This document shows positions 17,027 through 27,527 of a DNA stretch of 58,852 nt, one piece after another (positions within the stretch are counted from its first letter, which is position 1; each line of letters opens with the position of its first letter). Location of the stretch: contig CAZWEJ010000002.1 in the NCBI GenBank assembly GCA_964632435.1, positions 1 to 58,852 of the forward strand, written 5' to 3'. Made by a program: the position numbers and the translations under genes. A model generated the notes under the pieces. It was not told the DNA's origin. It searched no databases and saw only the letters and a program-made list of their open reading frames with translations. Source of the stretch: an uncultured Candidatus Saccharimonadales bacterium. GTDB taxonomy: Bacteria; Patescibacteriota; Saccharimonadia; UBA4664; SCTI01.

Positions 17027-18332
17027 ACGAAATTTGCTTTTCAACAGCCTCCTCAAAATTCATGTAGGTGTCAGACCATAATTGAACCTTATATCCGGCT
17101 TTAATCTTCTTCTCAGCAAGCTTTAATTTGCCCTCATCAAGATAGCTTTTAATAACATCTAGACATTCGGCTGTATCATACGGCGAAAAATATGCTGCCA
17201 AATCGCCAGCAACTTCAGGCATAGACGAAGTTTTACAGGTGATGCATAGTTTTCCATGAACCATGGACTCAGCGATTGGAAGTCCCCAGCCTTCATATAT
17301 TGATGGATAGACCGTAAATAAACAGTTACTATAAAGCCATGCGAGAGCAGCGTCATCAACACTTTTTAGAATTTTTATCTTACCGTCCACCGAAGCGTCA
17401 TTTTCAATTGCATAAACAGTGTCACCAGCGTTCCATCCAGGCCTACCAACAATTACCAACCTGGGTAACTTGATGCCTTTTTCTATAGCTAACTTATAGG
17501 CAGTATATAAAAGAGAATAGTTCTTCCTAATTTCTATAGTGCCAACTGCAAGAATAAATGACTTGGGTTCAAGCCCCTGAACAGGCTCTTGCTCAGGATT
17601 CATCTCTAGTTCATCCCCCAGTCTTATTACATCAACTGGAAGCAGCGGCAGAGACTGCTCTCGACAATACTTAAGGTAATCTTCTCGGCTGTACTTCGAA
17701 TTGGTAATAATCCCGTCGCAGACACTTGCAACATCAAATATATATTTTGTAAACAATTCGAAATGGCCTGGACCAAAAAGATGAGGGTTATGGATTGGGA
17801 TGACATCGTGAATGAAGTGGAAGATTTTGAATTTATTTGTTTGCTTCAAATTATATAGATCATTCAATATCTTGGGCCTAACCCAACCTGCGCCAAGGAT
17901 TATAACCCGATCGTTCTCTTTGAAATCAACAGGAATGAAATGCTTTTTTCTCTTTAGTCCTGCCTGTGTTTGCTTAGCAAGGTGAACCGCATGATGACTT
18001 TTGTGGTAAAAAAACCGAGCTATCGGCTTTAGCTTCGGAGTAATTTTCTGTCTAGACTCATAAGGAATTGAACTATATATAGAAATTGAAGATTTCTTAA
18101 CTCTTTTTTTTAGGTTTTTCTTCCAGCTGCTTTTTGGCGGTGCCTTTGGCGTATTGATAATCGCAAAATCTACCTCCTCAAACACCCTGTGCTTTTCGTC
18201 GTAAACAAAAAACTTCGCATTGTTATGCGCTGCATACTGCTTCGCAATGTTGTAGACAACCCTTTGAATTCCAGTGTGATGGCCGGTCCATATACTAAGA
18301 TCAGTTAGATCTACCCAGTTTGTTGGCTTCAT
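17010..18332 (-). CDS. Glycosyltransferase family 4 (GT-B)
   Basis: C-terminal GT1/GT4 signature (YPSIYEGWGLPIAESM). Probable start MKPTNW at 18332, overlapping the upstream stop as ATGA. Confidence 0.8.
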   Translation of the reverse strand: MKPTNWVDLTDLSIWTGHHTGIQRVVYNIAKQYAAHNNAKFFVYDEKHRVFEEVDFAIINTPKAPPKSSWKKNLKKRVKKSSISIYSSIPYESRQKITPKLKPIARFFYHKSHHAVHLAKQTQAGLKRKKHFIPVDFKENDRVIILGAGWVRPKILNDLYNLKQTNKFKIFHFIHDVIPIHNPHLFGPGHFELFTKYIFDVASVCDGIITNSKYSREDYLKYCREQSLPLLPVDVIRLGDELEMNPEQEPVQGLEPKSFILAVGTIEIRKNYSLLYTAYKLAIEKGIKLPRLVIVGRPGWNAGDTVYAIENDASVDGKIKILKSVDDAALAWLYSNCLFTVYPSIYEGWGLPIAESMVHGKLCITCKTSSMPEVAGDLAAYFSPYDTAECLDVIKSYLDEGKLKLAEKKIKAGYKVQLWSDTYMNFEEAVEKQISFMDAQ

Positions 18333-19534
18333 AATCTCTCCAGCGCGGCTAGTATTGGGTGGAGAGATTTTGACCATTCAAGCTTATTTACACCCTCTTG
18401 TTTATTAGTTGATTCTTTTGAATTATTTTTTAGCATATCAATAATACTATTTCTAAAGTCCTGTTTGTTATCTGATATTTTTACATTCGGTGAATCTATA
18501 AATTCCTCGAATGAGCGGAACGCAAAGGATGTGGCTACAATATTTTTGCGGTTAATAAGTGCTTCGGCCGTCTTTAGATTGGAGCCACCACCACTAATGA
18601 TTGGAAGTATAACTACATCTGCAACTCTTAGCAATCCTGCCAATCTGGAATCAGACACTCTTCCCGCTATATGAACTCTCTCGAAAAAGGTTATATCCGA
18701 TGCAATTTTTGAGCCTTCTAGGACTTTTAATACATACTCCCCCAAAGACCCAGCTATAATAATTTTTGTATCTGGCCTTAGAAAACCCATTTCTTTTCCT
18801 ACCATTTCGATAAATCCATCCCAGTTAGGAGGATGAGCACTGGCAACGTACAATATAATATTTTCTACACCATTCTGATTTTTCCAACGATTCCAGAATT
18901 CCGTATCAGGATTTTTGGACGGAGGATTTGAGCCATTATTTGCTATCACAACGTTTGTAGCCCCAAGCATTTCAAATTGCTTCTCGTCTTCTTGGCTTAC
19001 CGAAATAATTAATTTTGACCGTTTGATCAACTCTTTTTCTGCACTCTCAATCTCATTAAGGATTGAAGATATTGATTCGGGAAAAGCTTCTTTCTTTAAT
19101 TCAGACTCGAAATTGTGAGAACTATAAATGAGATCAATATTTAAATTATTTTCTGACATTAGTTTTCTAAGACCAAGATAAGGATATAGCTGCTCAACCT
19201 GAATGTAATCTGGCTTGTAAGAATCAATCAATTTCATCAATTTTTTACGCACTTTTTCATCATCATAAATTGCTTTACCGCAGATAATGTCTTCTAGGTT
19301 GCGATTATCAATTATTTTAGAGTCAGTCTCCGAGCTAACTCTTATGTCGCTGGGACTCAAGCTAAAATGCGTCGCCTTGCTATATACGCCAACGTATTTA
19401 GAAGTAACGCCTTGTTGCCTGTAAAAATCTGCAATTGCTCTGGCCCGCTTAGGTCCGCCGTGAGAAGCCCCTTTGACTGGGTATATACCAAGCTGAAGAA
19501 TTTTCTTTGTTTTTATATCAGCATGAGCTTTCAT
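18329..19534 (-). CDS. Glycosyltransferase, GT-B fold (family 1/4-like)
   Basis: GT-B-like C-terminal half (VVILPIISGGGSNLKTAEAL). 401 aa. Confidence 0.65.
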   Translation of the reverse strand: MKAHADIKTKKILQLGIYPVKGASHGGPKRARAIADFYRQQGVTSKYVGVYSKATHFSLSPSDIRVSSETDSKIIDNRNLEDIICGKAIYDDEKVRKKLMKLIDSYKPDYIQVEQLYPYLGLRKLMSENNLNIDLIYSSHNFESELKKEAFPESISSILNEIESAEKELIKRSKLIISVSQEDEKQFEMLGATNVVIANNGSNPPSKNPDTEFWNRWKNQNGVENIILYVASAHPPNWDGFIEMVGKEMGFLRPDTKIIIAGSLGEYVLKVLEGSKIASDITFFERVHIAGRVSDSRLAGLLRVADVVILPIISGGGSNLKTAEALINRKNIVATSFAFRSFEEFIDSPNVKISDNKQDFRNSIIDMLKNNSKESTNKQEGVNKLEWSKSLHPILAALERL

Positions 19535-19594
19535 CTTGGATGTATTGTACCATTGTAGTGCTAGCCAATTTATAAGAGATAGAAGTGAGGGGAA

Positions 19595-20320
19595 ATGGGG
19601 TTATTAGAAAAGTTCCTGGATAAAGTAGGTGTAGAGAAGTCGTTAAAAAACAATTTCTTCAGAAACAGAAAGCTTGATGATTTTTATGTAAAATTTGAGG
19701 ACCGATTTAGAGGAACTGAGAAAGAAGTTGAAGAACGCCAAAAAATATATTTACCCAGACTAAAGACGTTGGTTCCATCAAATGCATATCCAATTATTGA
19801 CATTGGTTGTGGTCGAGGAGAGCTGCTTCAGCTTCTTAAGAAAGAGGGGCTTCCGGCGATAGGGATAGACTTAAATAAGGATATGATTTCTAGGGGTAAA
19901 GAAAAAGGCCTAAAAGTCTATGATGCGGACGCGATAAAGTTCTTGATAAAAAGAGAAGCCAACAGTGTAACTGCAATCACTGGTTTTCATATAGTTGAGC
20001 ATATTCCGATTGAAAATTTACTCGATCTATTTGAGTCAGCATTTAAAGCGTTGAAAAGCGGAGGAATTGTTATCTTCGAAACACCAAATCCAGAGAACTT
20101 GATTGTCGGTTCATGCAATTTTTATAATGACCCTTCACACCTTAAGCCTATCCCTCCCGAGGTGTTGAAATTTGTTATAGAAAATTGTGGGTTCATTAAC
20201 GCTGAAATACTCCGCCTACATCCAATCAAGAATATAGAATCTAGCGATCCATTAGTTAAGGAGATAGGAGAGAAGCTATATGGACCACAAGACTATGCAG
20301 TAATCGCGGCTAAGCCTTAG
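19595..20320 (+). CDS. Class I SAM-dependent methyltransferase
   Basis: Motif I IIDIGCGRGELL. Confidence 0.8.
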   Translation: MGLLEKFLDKVGVEKSLKNNFFRNRKLDDFYVKFEDRFRGTEKEVEERQKIYLPRLKTLVPSNAYPIIDIGCGRGELLQLLKKEGLPAIGIDLNKDMISRGKEKGLKVYDADAIKFLIKREANSVTAITGFHIVEHIPIENLLDLFESAFKALKSGGIVIFETPNPENLIVGSCNFYNDPSHLKPIPPEVLKFVIENCGFINAEILRLHPIKNIESSDPLVKEIGEKLYGPQDYAVIAAKP

Positions 20321-21464
20321 CTTTATCCTTAAGAATTTCAATGAGTTCCTCCGAGCCGGCTTCCCATGTGAATTTTTTAGCCCGTTCTTCCCCTTTTTCG
20401 ATTAATGCTTTCCTAGCCTCTTTGTCTTCCACCATTCTCTTCATTGCCCCTGTTATCTCGCGCTCATTGAGGGGGTCTACATAAAACCCAGCATCACCAA
20501 CAACCTCAGGCAACGAAGAGGTATTTGACACAATTACTGGAACGCCACATGACATTGCCTGTATGGGAGAAATGCCGAAACCCTCATAAATAGCCGGATG
20601 TACCAGGCCACAGGAAGCTGAATAAATACTAGGTAGATCAATATCTGTTACATATTCTTCTGGATGGACAATTTTATCCCCCGAACTTATTGCCTTCTTC
20701 ATCTCTTCAAATATCTCGTCGCTTAACCACCCTCCTCCCCCTACAAGTACTAGTGGATGATTTCTTTTTATCTCTCCTGGTAGCTGATGATAAGCCCTTA
20801 TTAGTCTCGCAATGTTCTTACGCGGTTCAATATTGCCTAGATATAGGAAGTAATTTTTTGGTAAACCGTATTTCTTTAGAACCAGATTATATTTTGTCTC
20901 TTCGACGGGCGAGAAGTCATCCTCATCTACCCCATTATGAACAACCAGTATATTGTCTTTATTGACTAAAAGATTCCTTTCGATTTCTGCTTTTGAGCTT
21001 TCCGAAACAGTTGCGATCATCGAGCTCCATCGCACCCATCTATTTATATTTTTTTGAAGCATTTTTTGATTTCGTGGGGCAACATATTGGGGATGAAGCA
21101 AGAAACCTATATCGTGTACCCAGGTAATTGAAAAAGACCAAATAAGTGGCCATGATCTAAAGTTTGGAAATAAGTAAACTCCCTTCCCTAGAAGAATGTC
21201 TAATGGAGGAACTAGCGGGAGTGTCGGAATTCTATTCGCCACTCTATTTGGTATGGGCATCTTTACGTATTTGACATTTTTAAAGCCCCAGGAGGAAAGA
21301 TGCTTATATCCGCTTCTAGTTGTCAATAGCTTAACGTTGTAGTTATTAAGTATGGTTTCGTTCGATGATAATACACTTATTAAACCGTGTAAGCTATGCC
21401 CAACCCCACTAATCCTTTCCGTTGATAAAGGTAGGGCATCTACAAAAAGATTTCTTTTTTTCAT
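20310..21464 (-). CDS. Glycosyltransferase family 4
   Basis: HPAIYEGFGISPIQAMSCGVPVIVSN signature (EX7E region). Confidence 0.85.
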   Translation of the reverse strand: MKKRNLFVDALPLSTERISGVGHSLHGLISVLSSNETILNNYNVKLLTTRSGYKHLSSWGFKNVKYVKMPIPNRVANRIPTLPLVPPLDILLGKGVYLFPNFRSWPLIWSFSITWVHDIGFLLHPQYVAPRNQKMLQKNINRWVRWSSMIATVSESSKAEIERNLLVNKDNILVVHNGVDEDDFSPVEETKYNLVLKKYGLPKNYFLYLGNIEPRKNIARLIRAYHQLPGEIKRNHPLVLVGGGGWLSDEIFEEMKKAISSGDKIVHPEEYVTDIDLPSIYSASCGLVHPAIYEGFGISPIQAMSCGVPVIVSNTSSLPEVVGDAGFYVDPLNEREITGAMKRMVEDKEARKALIEKGEERAKKFTWEAGSEELIEILKDKAKA

Positions 21465-22630
21465 GAAACCTTTACTTTTACATCTGGGTTGACGCTGTAT
21501 GGAAGCTTCTCGTCTTTATTCACCCTAAATGCGCCAGCCCCCTCCCACCAATCATAAACACCCGAACCACTTACATCATGTGCCGAGACATCAACCGTAT
21601 AGTTGCCATCCGAGAGGATGTTTGGGAATGTCCACGTTATTCTCTTTGACTCTCCCTCTCTAACCTCCTTTATTACCTTCTTCTTTATCACTGTATTTGC
21701 CCCAAATACAATCTCTCCGTCTCCCGACCGAATTCCAAATCCAAACACTGGACTATCAACATACTCGGCTGCTTTTAGGTCTAAAATCAAAGAAACTTCT
21801 TTATTGTTCGCCTCAACTTTTACAGATGAATACTTTATTTTTTCATCTCCCCATCTTTGCCCTGTGTTTTTCAGTTCCTCATGACCTGTCTGAGCGAAAA
21901 GTTTTGCATATTCCTCGGCAATCATTTCGGCAGAACCCTCGAACACAACCTTATTTTTATCGATCAAAATTGCCCTATCACAATATTCGCGAACAGCATT
22001 CATGTCATGTGTTACAAAGACGACCGTCGTGCCTGTTTTTTTGAGACTTTTAAAGTAGTCGAAGCACTTTCTTTGAAAATCAGCATCTCCTACGGCAAGA
22101 ACCTCATCGACTAAAAGTATGTCTGCCTTGGCGCGTGTTGCTAAAGAAAATGCTAGCCTTACCTGCATTCCCGAAGAATAATTCTTTAATTTTTGATCCA
22201 TAAATTTTTCTAATTCTGCAAAAGATACTATATCGGGGTACATGTTATCAATTTCACTTTTCGAAAAACCGAGCAGAGCACCATTAAGATATATGTTATC
22301 TCTTCCAGTTAGCTCACCGTTAAACCCAAGACCGAGTTCAATAAATGGTACCAGCCTACCCTCTATCGACACGTCTCCGGAATTGGGTTGATAAATACCT
22401 GCAAGTATCTTAAGTAATGTGCTTTTACCAGAACCGTTCCTACCAACTATCCCAAAAAACTCGCCTTTAGAAACGCTTAAGGAAACATTTTTTAATGCTG
22501 TCTGTACCTCGCTTCCACCACTTCCGCCTTTAAGCAAATTGAGGAAAGCCGTTTTAATAGTTGTAGTCTTCTGGTGTGGTAGTACGAAGCTCTTTGTCAC
22601 ACTATTAACTTTTATTACTGGCTCGCTCAT
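21461..22630 (-). CDS. Polysaccharide/teichoic-acid ABC exporter ATPase (Wzt/TagH-like) with extended C-terminal domain
   Basis: Walker A GRNGSGKST, signature YSSGMQVRL, Walker B LLVDEVLAVGD. About 140 extra C-terminal residues follow the NBD. Confidence 0.9.
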   Translation of the reverse strand: MSEPVIKVNSVTKSFVLPHQKTTTIKTAFLNLLKGGSGGSEVQTALKNVSLSVSKGEFFGIVGRNGSGKSTLLKILAGIYQPNSGDVSIEGRLVPFIELGLGFNGELTGRDNIYLNGALLGFSKSEIDNMYPDIVSFAELEKFMDQKLKNYSSGMQVRLAFSLATRAKADILLVDEVLAVGDADFQRKCFDYFKSLKKTGTTVVFVTHDMNAVREYCDRAILIDKNKVVFEGSAEMIAEEYAKLFAQTGHEELKNTGQRWGDEKIKYSSVKVEANNKEVSLILDLKAAEYVDSPVFGFGIRSGDGEIVFGANTVIKKKVIKEVREGESKRITWTFPNILSDGNYTVDVSAHDVSGSGVYDWWEGAGAFRVNKDEKLPYSVNPDVKVKVS

Positions 22631-22633
22631 TTC

Positions 22634-23449
22634 TTAGACCTCTTCCGCGAAATACATAGTTCTTTTTCTGAAATACCAAAGTGCGACTATCGCAGTTAGT
22701 AAAGTTATTGCAAATGGGATAATTCGATATAATCCACTTCCAAACAACTGCTCAAAAGTAACTGTATCGGGGGTTATGAGCCAGTATCTAAAGTCTTGAA
22801 TAATCTGGGCCATCGGATTCATCAACATTACCTTGGCAACATTTGTCGGTACCATCGATAATGGATATAAAATTGGTGTTGCGTAGAATGCGGCTTGCAA
22901 AACAACTTCCCAAATATAAATAAGATCCCGGAATTTTACATATAGTGCGCTAAGAATCAGCGCAACCGAAAAAGAGAAGACGAACAACTCCACGATTAAG
23001 AAAGCAACTATCAATAAATTTAGCCAACCGGTTTCAACCATGAACCCGGTTAGAAACATAATCACAAGTACCACTATTAAATTAAGTACTAAATTTATAA
23101 GCGCAGAAACTGCTGTCGAAAGAACAATAACGTAGCGAGGAAAGTTAACCTTGCGAATTAATTCATCTTTATCAAGAATTGCTCTCACTCCTTGTGAAGT
23201 TACCTCTGTGAAGTAGGTCCACAAGACAATTCCTAGCAATAGATAAATTGGGAATCCCTCAATGTCAGCGCCAATTTTTAGGAACTTGACGAAAACTAGG
23301 TAGAGGATTCCAAAGAGCGCTAGGGGCTTAATAAGAGACCAGAGATAGCCGAGTACGGACCCCTGGTATCTAAGCTTGAAATCTGTGATTACCATTTGGC
23401 GCAATAGGATAATTGGGTACCTATAGCGACTTTTTATAACGCTTAGCAT
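22634..23449 (-). CDS. ABC-2 type exporter permease (Wzm/TagG-like)
   Basis: 271 aa with about 6 TM helices, immediately upstream of the ATPase. Confidence 0.85.
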   Translation of the reverse strand: MLSVIKSRYRYPIILLRQMVITDFKLRYQGSVLGYLWSLIKPLALFGILYLVFVKFLKIGADIEGFPIYLLLGIVLWTYFTEVTSQGVRAILDKDELIRKVNFPRYVIVLSTAVSALINLVLNLIVVLVIMFLTGFMVETGWLNLLIVAFLIVELFVFSFSVALILSALYVKFRDLIYIWEVVLQAAFYATPILYPLSMVPTNVAKVMLMNPMAQIIQDFRYWLITPDTVTFEQLFGSGLYRIIPFAITLLTAIVALWYFRKRTMYFAEEV

Positions 23450-23484
23450 ATTTTATATACTACCATTTTAGATCTGATAATATA

Positions 23485-24540
23485 CTATTTTCTCGAGGAA
23501 GCAATGGAAATTATCTGTTCCGCCCTATTATGGTAGGTGTGTGATTCAAGAACTTTTTTTCTTCCAGCCTTAATAATTTCTAGACGCTTATCAGGATTTT
23601 TGATGTAATACTCTAGTTTATCAAACCATTCTTTATCATTTTTAGCTATTACGATTTCTTTACCCTCAACAAAATACTTTCTTATGCACTCGATATCGTC
23701 GCAAATTTCAAATCCGTTAAATAGAGGTATCTTAAATGTTCTCTCGTTGCAGTCCCCACCAAACTTTTTTTGATAATCTTCATGAATATTTATTGACACT
23801 TTTGAAGAGGCGTATATTTTGGCCTCGTCTTCAAATTTGAGCTTAGGTTTCTGAAGCGACTTTAAATATGGGACGTTAAACAATTGACCCCCTTTTTGTA
23901 TCAATCCCTTAAACCGGTCAATCGATGTCCAGTCTTGCCCGTAAAGTTTTAGATCGTAACTTTTTTTCAATGGGAAGACTAATCTCTCAAAGGTTTTCCG
24001 CTTATCGGGTAGATTTGTTCCAATGAAAGAAATATCTGCATTAAATTGTGGGTCATAAACGGCATTTTTAGCCAAAGTTTTATCTGCAGCCAGGGGTATA
24101 GTGTGATAATCAGCCCCAAGAGCCTCTTTAAAGCCCTCCATTCTTCCATCTCCCTGCTCAACAACGTGATAATAGGCATCTCCAAGCAGGCCATCCAATA
24201 TCAATTTTACAACCGTAGAGTCATCTTTCATGCTTTTTGCTTCGTTCAGCCTCGTGCTGCTCAGCGGGGAGTTCCAGAAGTCGATCTTGGTCAATACGAA
24301 AAGTCCGTTTTGTCTTAGTTTTTTTAGTGCGTCATAGTTGATGTATTTCCTGTAGAGGAAGTGCGATGAGGTAATTAATATATCGATCTGATGGTGCTCA
24401 ATAAATTCTTCGAGCTTGTCGTTAGGCGTGAGAGTAAAAAAATCATGACCCAAATCCGTAAACGCTAATTCAAAGCCCTTATTGATTGTCCTGTAGGCAT
24501 ATACTGTGTCGGGAAAGGGATTATGGTAGGCGATCTTCAT
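23485..24540 (-). CDS. Putative glycosyltransferase (CgeB/DUF3880-like)
   Basis: Soluble 351-aa protein inside the glycan operon. The resemblance to CgeB-type GT-B proteins is from memory only. Confidence 0.45.
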   Translation of the reverse strand: MKIAYHNPFPDTVYAYRTINKGFELAFTDLGHDFFTLTPNDKLEEFIEHHQIDILITSSHFLYRKYINYDALKKLRQNGLFVLTKIDFWNSPLSSTRLNEAKSMKDDSTVVKLILDGLLGDAYYHVVEQGDGRMEGFKEALGADYHTIPLAADKTLAKNAVYDPQFNADISFIGTNLPDKRKTFERLVFPLKKSYDLKLYGQDWTSIDRFKGLIQKGGQLFNVPYLKSLQKPKLKFEDEAKIYASSKVSINIHEDYQKKFGGDCNERTFKIPLFNGFEICDDIECIRKYFVEGKEIVIAKNDKEWFDKLEYYIKNPDKRLEIIKAGRKKVLESHTYHNRAEQIISIASSRK

Positions 24541-25367
24541 GCTGTATTGCGGATTTTCTTGAATAGAGCAATTTTCAATTTACTTGGGATAAGGAATAAG
24601 GAGACAGCTTGAGCAAGATTAAAAAAAATATCTTTCAGACCAACACGATAACCACTACTGCGATTATTCCATCTTATTTTGAGTGTATTCTTCTCCATTC
24701 TCCTAAGCTGACTATAGGTGGCGGACCCCTCGCTTTCGCGATACTTAATCACAATCTTATCTAAGTTTGCGAACTTACTGATTCGACCTATTCTAAAACT
24801 CATATCTAGATCTTCAGTGGGTGGGTATTTATACTCCCCACACTCATCCAAAATTGATTTCCTTATCATAGCTGCTGGCTGAGCAACAGGTGAATACCTA
24901 TAAATTATCTTTCTTAGTTCTAAATCATTGGTTGGATACTCTCTTCTTCCATGTTCGCCTTTTTCGTCAAAAAAGAGCAAGGCTCCGCCGACAATCCCCA
25001 TATCTTTATTTTTTTCCAATATGTTTACCTGGTTTTCCATCCTGTCGCTGATCGAAATGTCATCGGCGTCCTGCCACATGATGTATTTACCTTTTGCTAG
25101 TGAAACACCTTTATTCCTATTTCCTGCAATTCCAAGATTTTTTTCGTTTTTATATACTCTAACCCTCTTATCTTTTTTTGCGTAAGTTTGTGCAATTTTG
25201 AGCGTTTTATCTGTGCTGCAGTCGTCAATTATTATGTACTCGAATTCTTTATAAGTTTGATTGAGCACACTATCTATGGCTTCGACTATAAATTTTTCTG
25301 CGTTATAAGCTGGAGTAATGACTGTAACTAACGGTTTTTTATTTGCCACTCTTTTCATCCTTTTCAA
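24537..25367 (-). CDS. Glycosyltransferase family 2
   Basis: VTVITPAYNAEKFI, DDCSTD, DADD motifs. Confidence 0.85.
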   Translation of the reverse strand: MKRMKRVANKKPLVTVITPAYNAEKFIVEAIDSVLNQTYKEFEYIIIDDCSTDKTLKIAQTYAKKDKRVRVYKNEKNLGIAGNRNKGVSLAKGKYIMWQDADDISISDRMENQVNILEKNKDMGIVGGALLFFDEKGEHGRREYPTNDLELRKIIYRYSPVAQPAAMIRKSILDECGEYKYPPTEDLDMSFRIGRISKFANLDKIVIKYRESEGSATYSQLRRMEKNTLKIRWNNRSSGYRVGLKDIFFNLAQAVSLFLIPSKLKIALFKKIRNTA

Positions 25368-26283
25368 TTATATAGATTGGCCTATTAGTCACCTCATCAT
25401 AAATGTGAGCAATATATAGTGAAACTAGACCTTGCGACATCAATAGAATACCTACTAAAAAGATAATCATAACCGCTAGACTCGCGCTTCCGGATATATT
25501 TAAGCCCATAGGGTCTCCTAATAAATAGTTTTCTATGAGAATAAATAGACCTATGAGAGTAGCGATTGTTGTGATGAGAATTCCCAAATATCCAGATAAT
25601 TTCAGAGGGAACAGGCTTAGTGAAACAAAGCTGTTCATAGCTAATTTGAGTAATGGCCTAAATGTATAGCCAGCTTCACCGTCTATTCTTGCGTTAGCAT
25701 CGAAATACACATAATCACGCCTGTACCCCATCCAATCTATTAAACCCCTCGTGATTCGATTTCTTTCTGTAAATCGATTGAATTCCTCAATCACTTCTCG
25801 ATCAATCAAGCGAAAATCAGTAGAACCCGGAATGATGTTCACTTTGGCGATTTTTGACATTACCATATAGAAATACTTTGAGCCGGCCCTCTTAACAATA
25901 CCCTCACCACTGTTAGATTTCCTTACTCCAACAACAACTTTATTTCCCTCTTTCCAAAGTTTTATAAACTCGGGGATTTTGTCTGCCGGATGCTGGCCAT
26001 CACAATCCATAATAATTGCGGCGTCACCCGAACAATTATTAATTCCTGCAGTAACTGCGATTTCTTTTCCGAAATTCCTGCTGAAATTTAGTGCAACTAC
26101 ATTCTTATTCGATTTAGTAAGAGATTTTATAACCTCTCGCGTGGCATCAGAGCTGCCATCGTTAATGAATATAATTTCTAAATTCTCCTCTATAGAGGAG
26201 CCCTGCTTTATTAACTGACTGTAAATCTTATCTATATTCTTTTCTTCGTTGAACGCTGGAAGAATAACTGAAAGGGTCTTCAT
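25339..26283 (-). CDS. Glycosyltransferase family 2, polyprenyl-phosphate sugar transferase type (GtrB/DPM1-like)
   Basis: LSVILPAFNEEKNI, NDGSSD, MDCDGQHP motifs plus two C-terminal TM helices. Confidence 0.8.
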   Translation of the reverse strand: MKTLSVILPAFNEEKNIDKIYSQLIKQGSSIEENLEIIFINDGSSDATREVIKSLTKSNKNVVALNFSRNFGKEIAVTAGINNCSGDAAIIMDCDGQHPADKIPEFIKLWKEGNKVVVGVRKSNSGEGIVKRAGSKYFYMVMSKIAKVNIIPGSTDFRLIDREVIEEFNRFTERNRITRGLIDWMGYRRDYVYFDANARIDGEAGYTFRPLLKLAMNSFVSLSLFPLKLSGYLGILITTIATLIGLFILIENYLLGDPMGLNISGSASLAVMIIFLVGILLMSQGLVSLYIAHIYDEVTNRPIYIIEKDEKSGK

Positions 26284-27527
26284 ACTACCTTACCTTTTAA
26301 AAACCTGATGAAACTCAAGAATATTGTAACAGCCAGAAGCGAAACCGATATAACCCAAATTGAATCGACGATAGTTAAGGGCGTTAACTCAACGTTGCCA
26401 GCAAAACTTAAAAAACTATATGCTGCTAAACAAACTAGCACAACTTCTATGTACCTTTTCAAGGAAATTGAGTAAAACAGTATTAAACTGAAGAGTGATA
26501 AAAAGAAGAAGGATGTAGCTAGCTTCCAAAGAAGGCTCGAATATTGAGTAAACTGCACACCAATTACTAGCTCTATAATTTGATGTGGCCAGATGTAATA
26601 TACAAGGCAAATCCCACCCCCAACTAGAGTCGTTAAAATAAACGAGGTCCTAAGGTTCCGCCTACTCTTCGCAATGTCTCCCCTATTTACAGAAGCGAGA
26701 AGTACAGCTGCTAGGGGTGCGCATGCAAAATATACGACCCTTGCTATTGAAGACATTCCTGAGTACAGACCAGCATCATACGGATTTAAGAAGTGCTTTG
26801 CAGCAAATAGGTCACAGATGAATAGGAATGTTAAAGCTAGAGTTGCAATTGCACCAGTAAGTAAAAATGGGATGTAAGGTTTAATCTCTACATATTTTAC
26901 TTTTGCGAAAGTAATAAAAGGCATGAGGCTTGGCAGGTTACTTTTCCTAAATCTTATGAAAACGAGGGCGCAAATCTGCCCAACGACGATTGAACCAACA
27001 GCTCCGGCGACCCCAAACCCAATCCATATCAATCCCACGGCAGCAAGTAACTTCAGACCCGAAGCTACAACATTAAGGTAACTATATCCTACAAAGTCCT
27101 TATTTCCCTGCATGTACGCAAGCCAATAATTTATTGGCACAGATAGAAGTAAGGCAAATACAGTCACCAAGAAAGGAATCATGTCATTAAACTTGAAGAA
27201 CATTTGTACTTGCCCAATGAATAATATCGACAAAATTGAAAGCAGTAAGAAAGAATAGAAAATAAGAAGATTAAATCCTCTTACTATATTGGAGCTATTA
27301 GCCTCCTTATCAGCGATTAGCCTAATAGACGCAACATTGATTGCTGTAAATACAATTGATATCTGGAGATAGATGCTTACCAATACCTGTATCTCTCCGA
27401 ATTGGTCTGGAGATACTAATCTTGCAATAACAGGGTAGTAAGCATAGTTAAGAAAAGCGACCAACATCGATCCAGCAAACATAATAAAGCTATTTGCTAG
27501 AAACGTATTTTGTTTCAGTAATTTCAT
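26280..27527 (-). CDS. Wzx-like oligosaccharide flippase (MOP superfamily)
   Basis: 415 aa with about 12 or more TM helices, in glycan operon context. Confidence 0.65.
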   Translation of the reverse strand: MKLLKQNTFLANSFIMFAGSMLVAFLNYAYYPVIARLVSPDQFGEIQVLVSIYLQISIVFTAINVASIRLIADKEANSSNIVRGFNLLIFYSFLLLSILSILFIGQVQMFFKFNDMIPFLVTVFALLLSVPINYWLAYMQGNKDFVGYSYLNVVASGLKLLAAVGLIWIGFGVAGAVGSIVVGQICALVFIRFRKSNLPSLMPFITFAKVKYVEIKPYIPFLLTGAIATLALTFLFICDLFAAKHFLNPYDAGLYSGMSSIARVVYFACAPLAAVLLASVNRGDIAKSRRNLRTSFILTTLVGGGICLVYYIWPHQIIELVIGVQFTQYSSLLWKLATSFFFLSLFSLILFYSISLKRYIEVVLVCLAAYSFLSFAGNVELTPLTIVDSIWVISVSLLAVTIFLSFIRFLKGKVV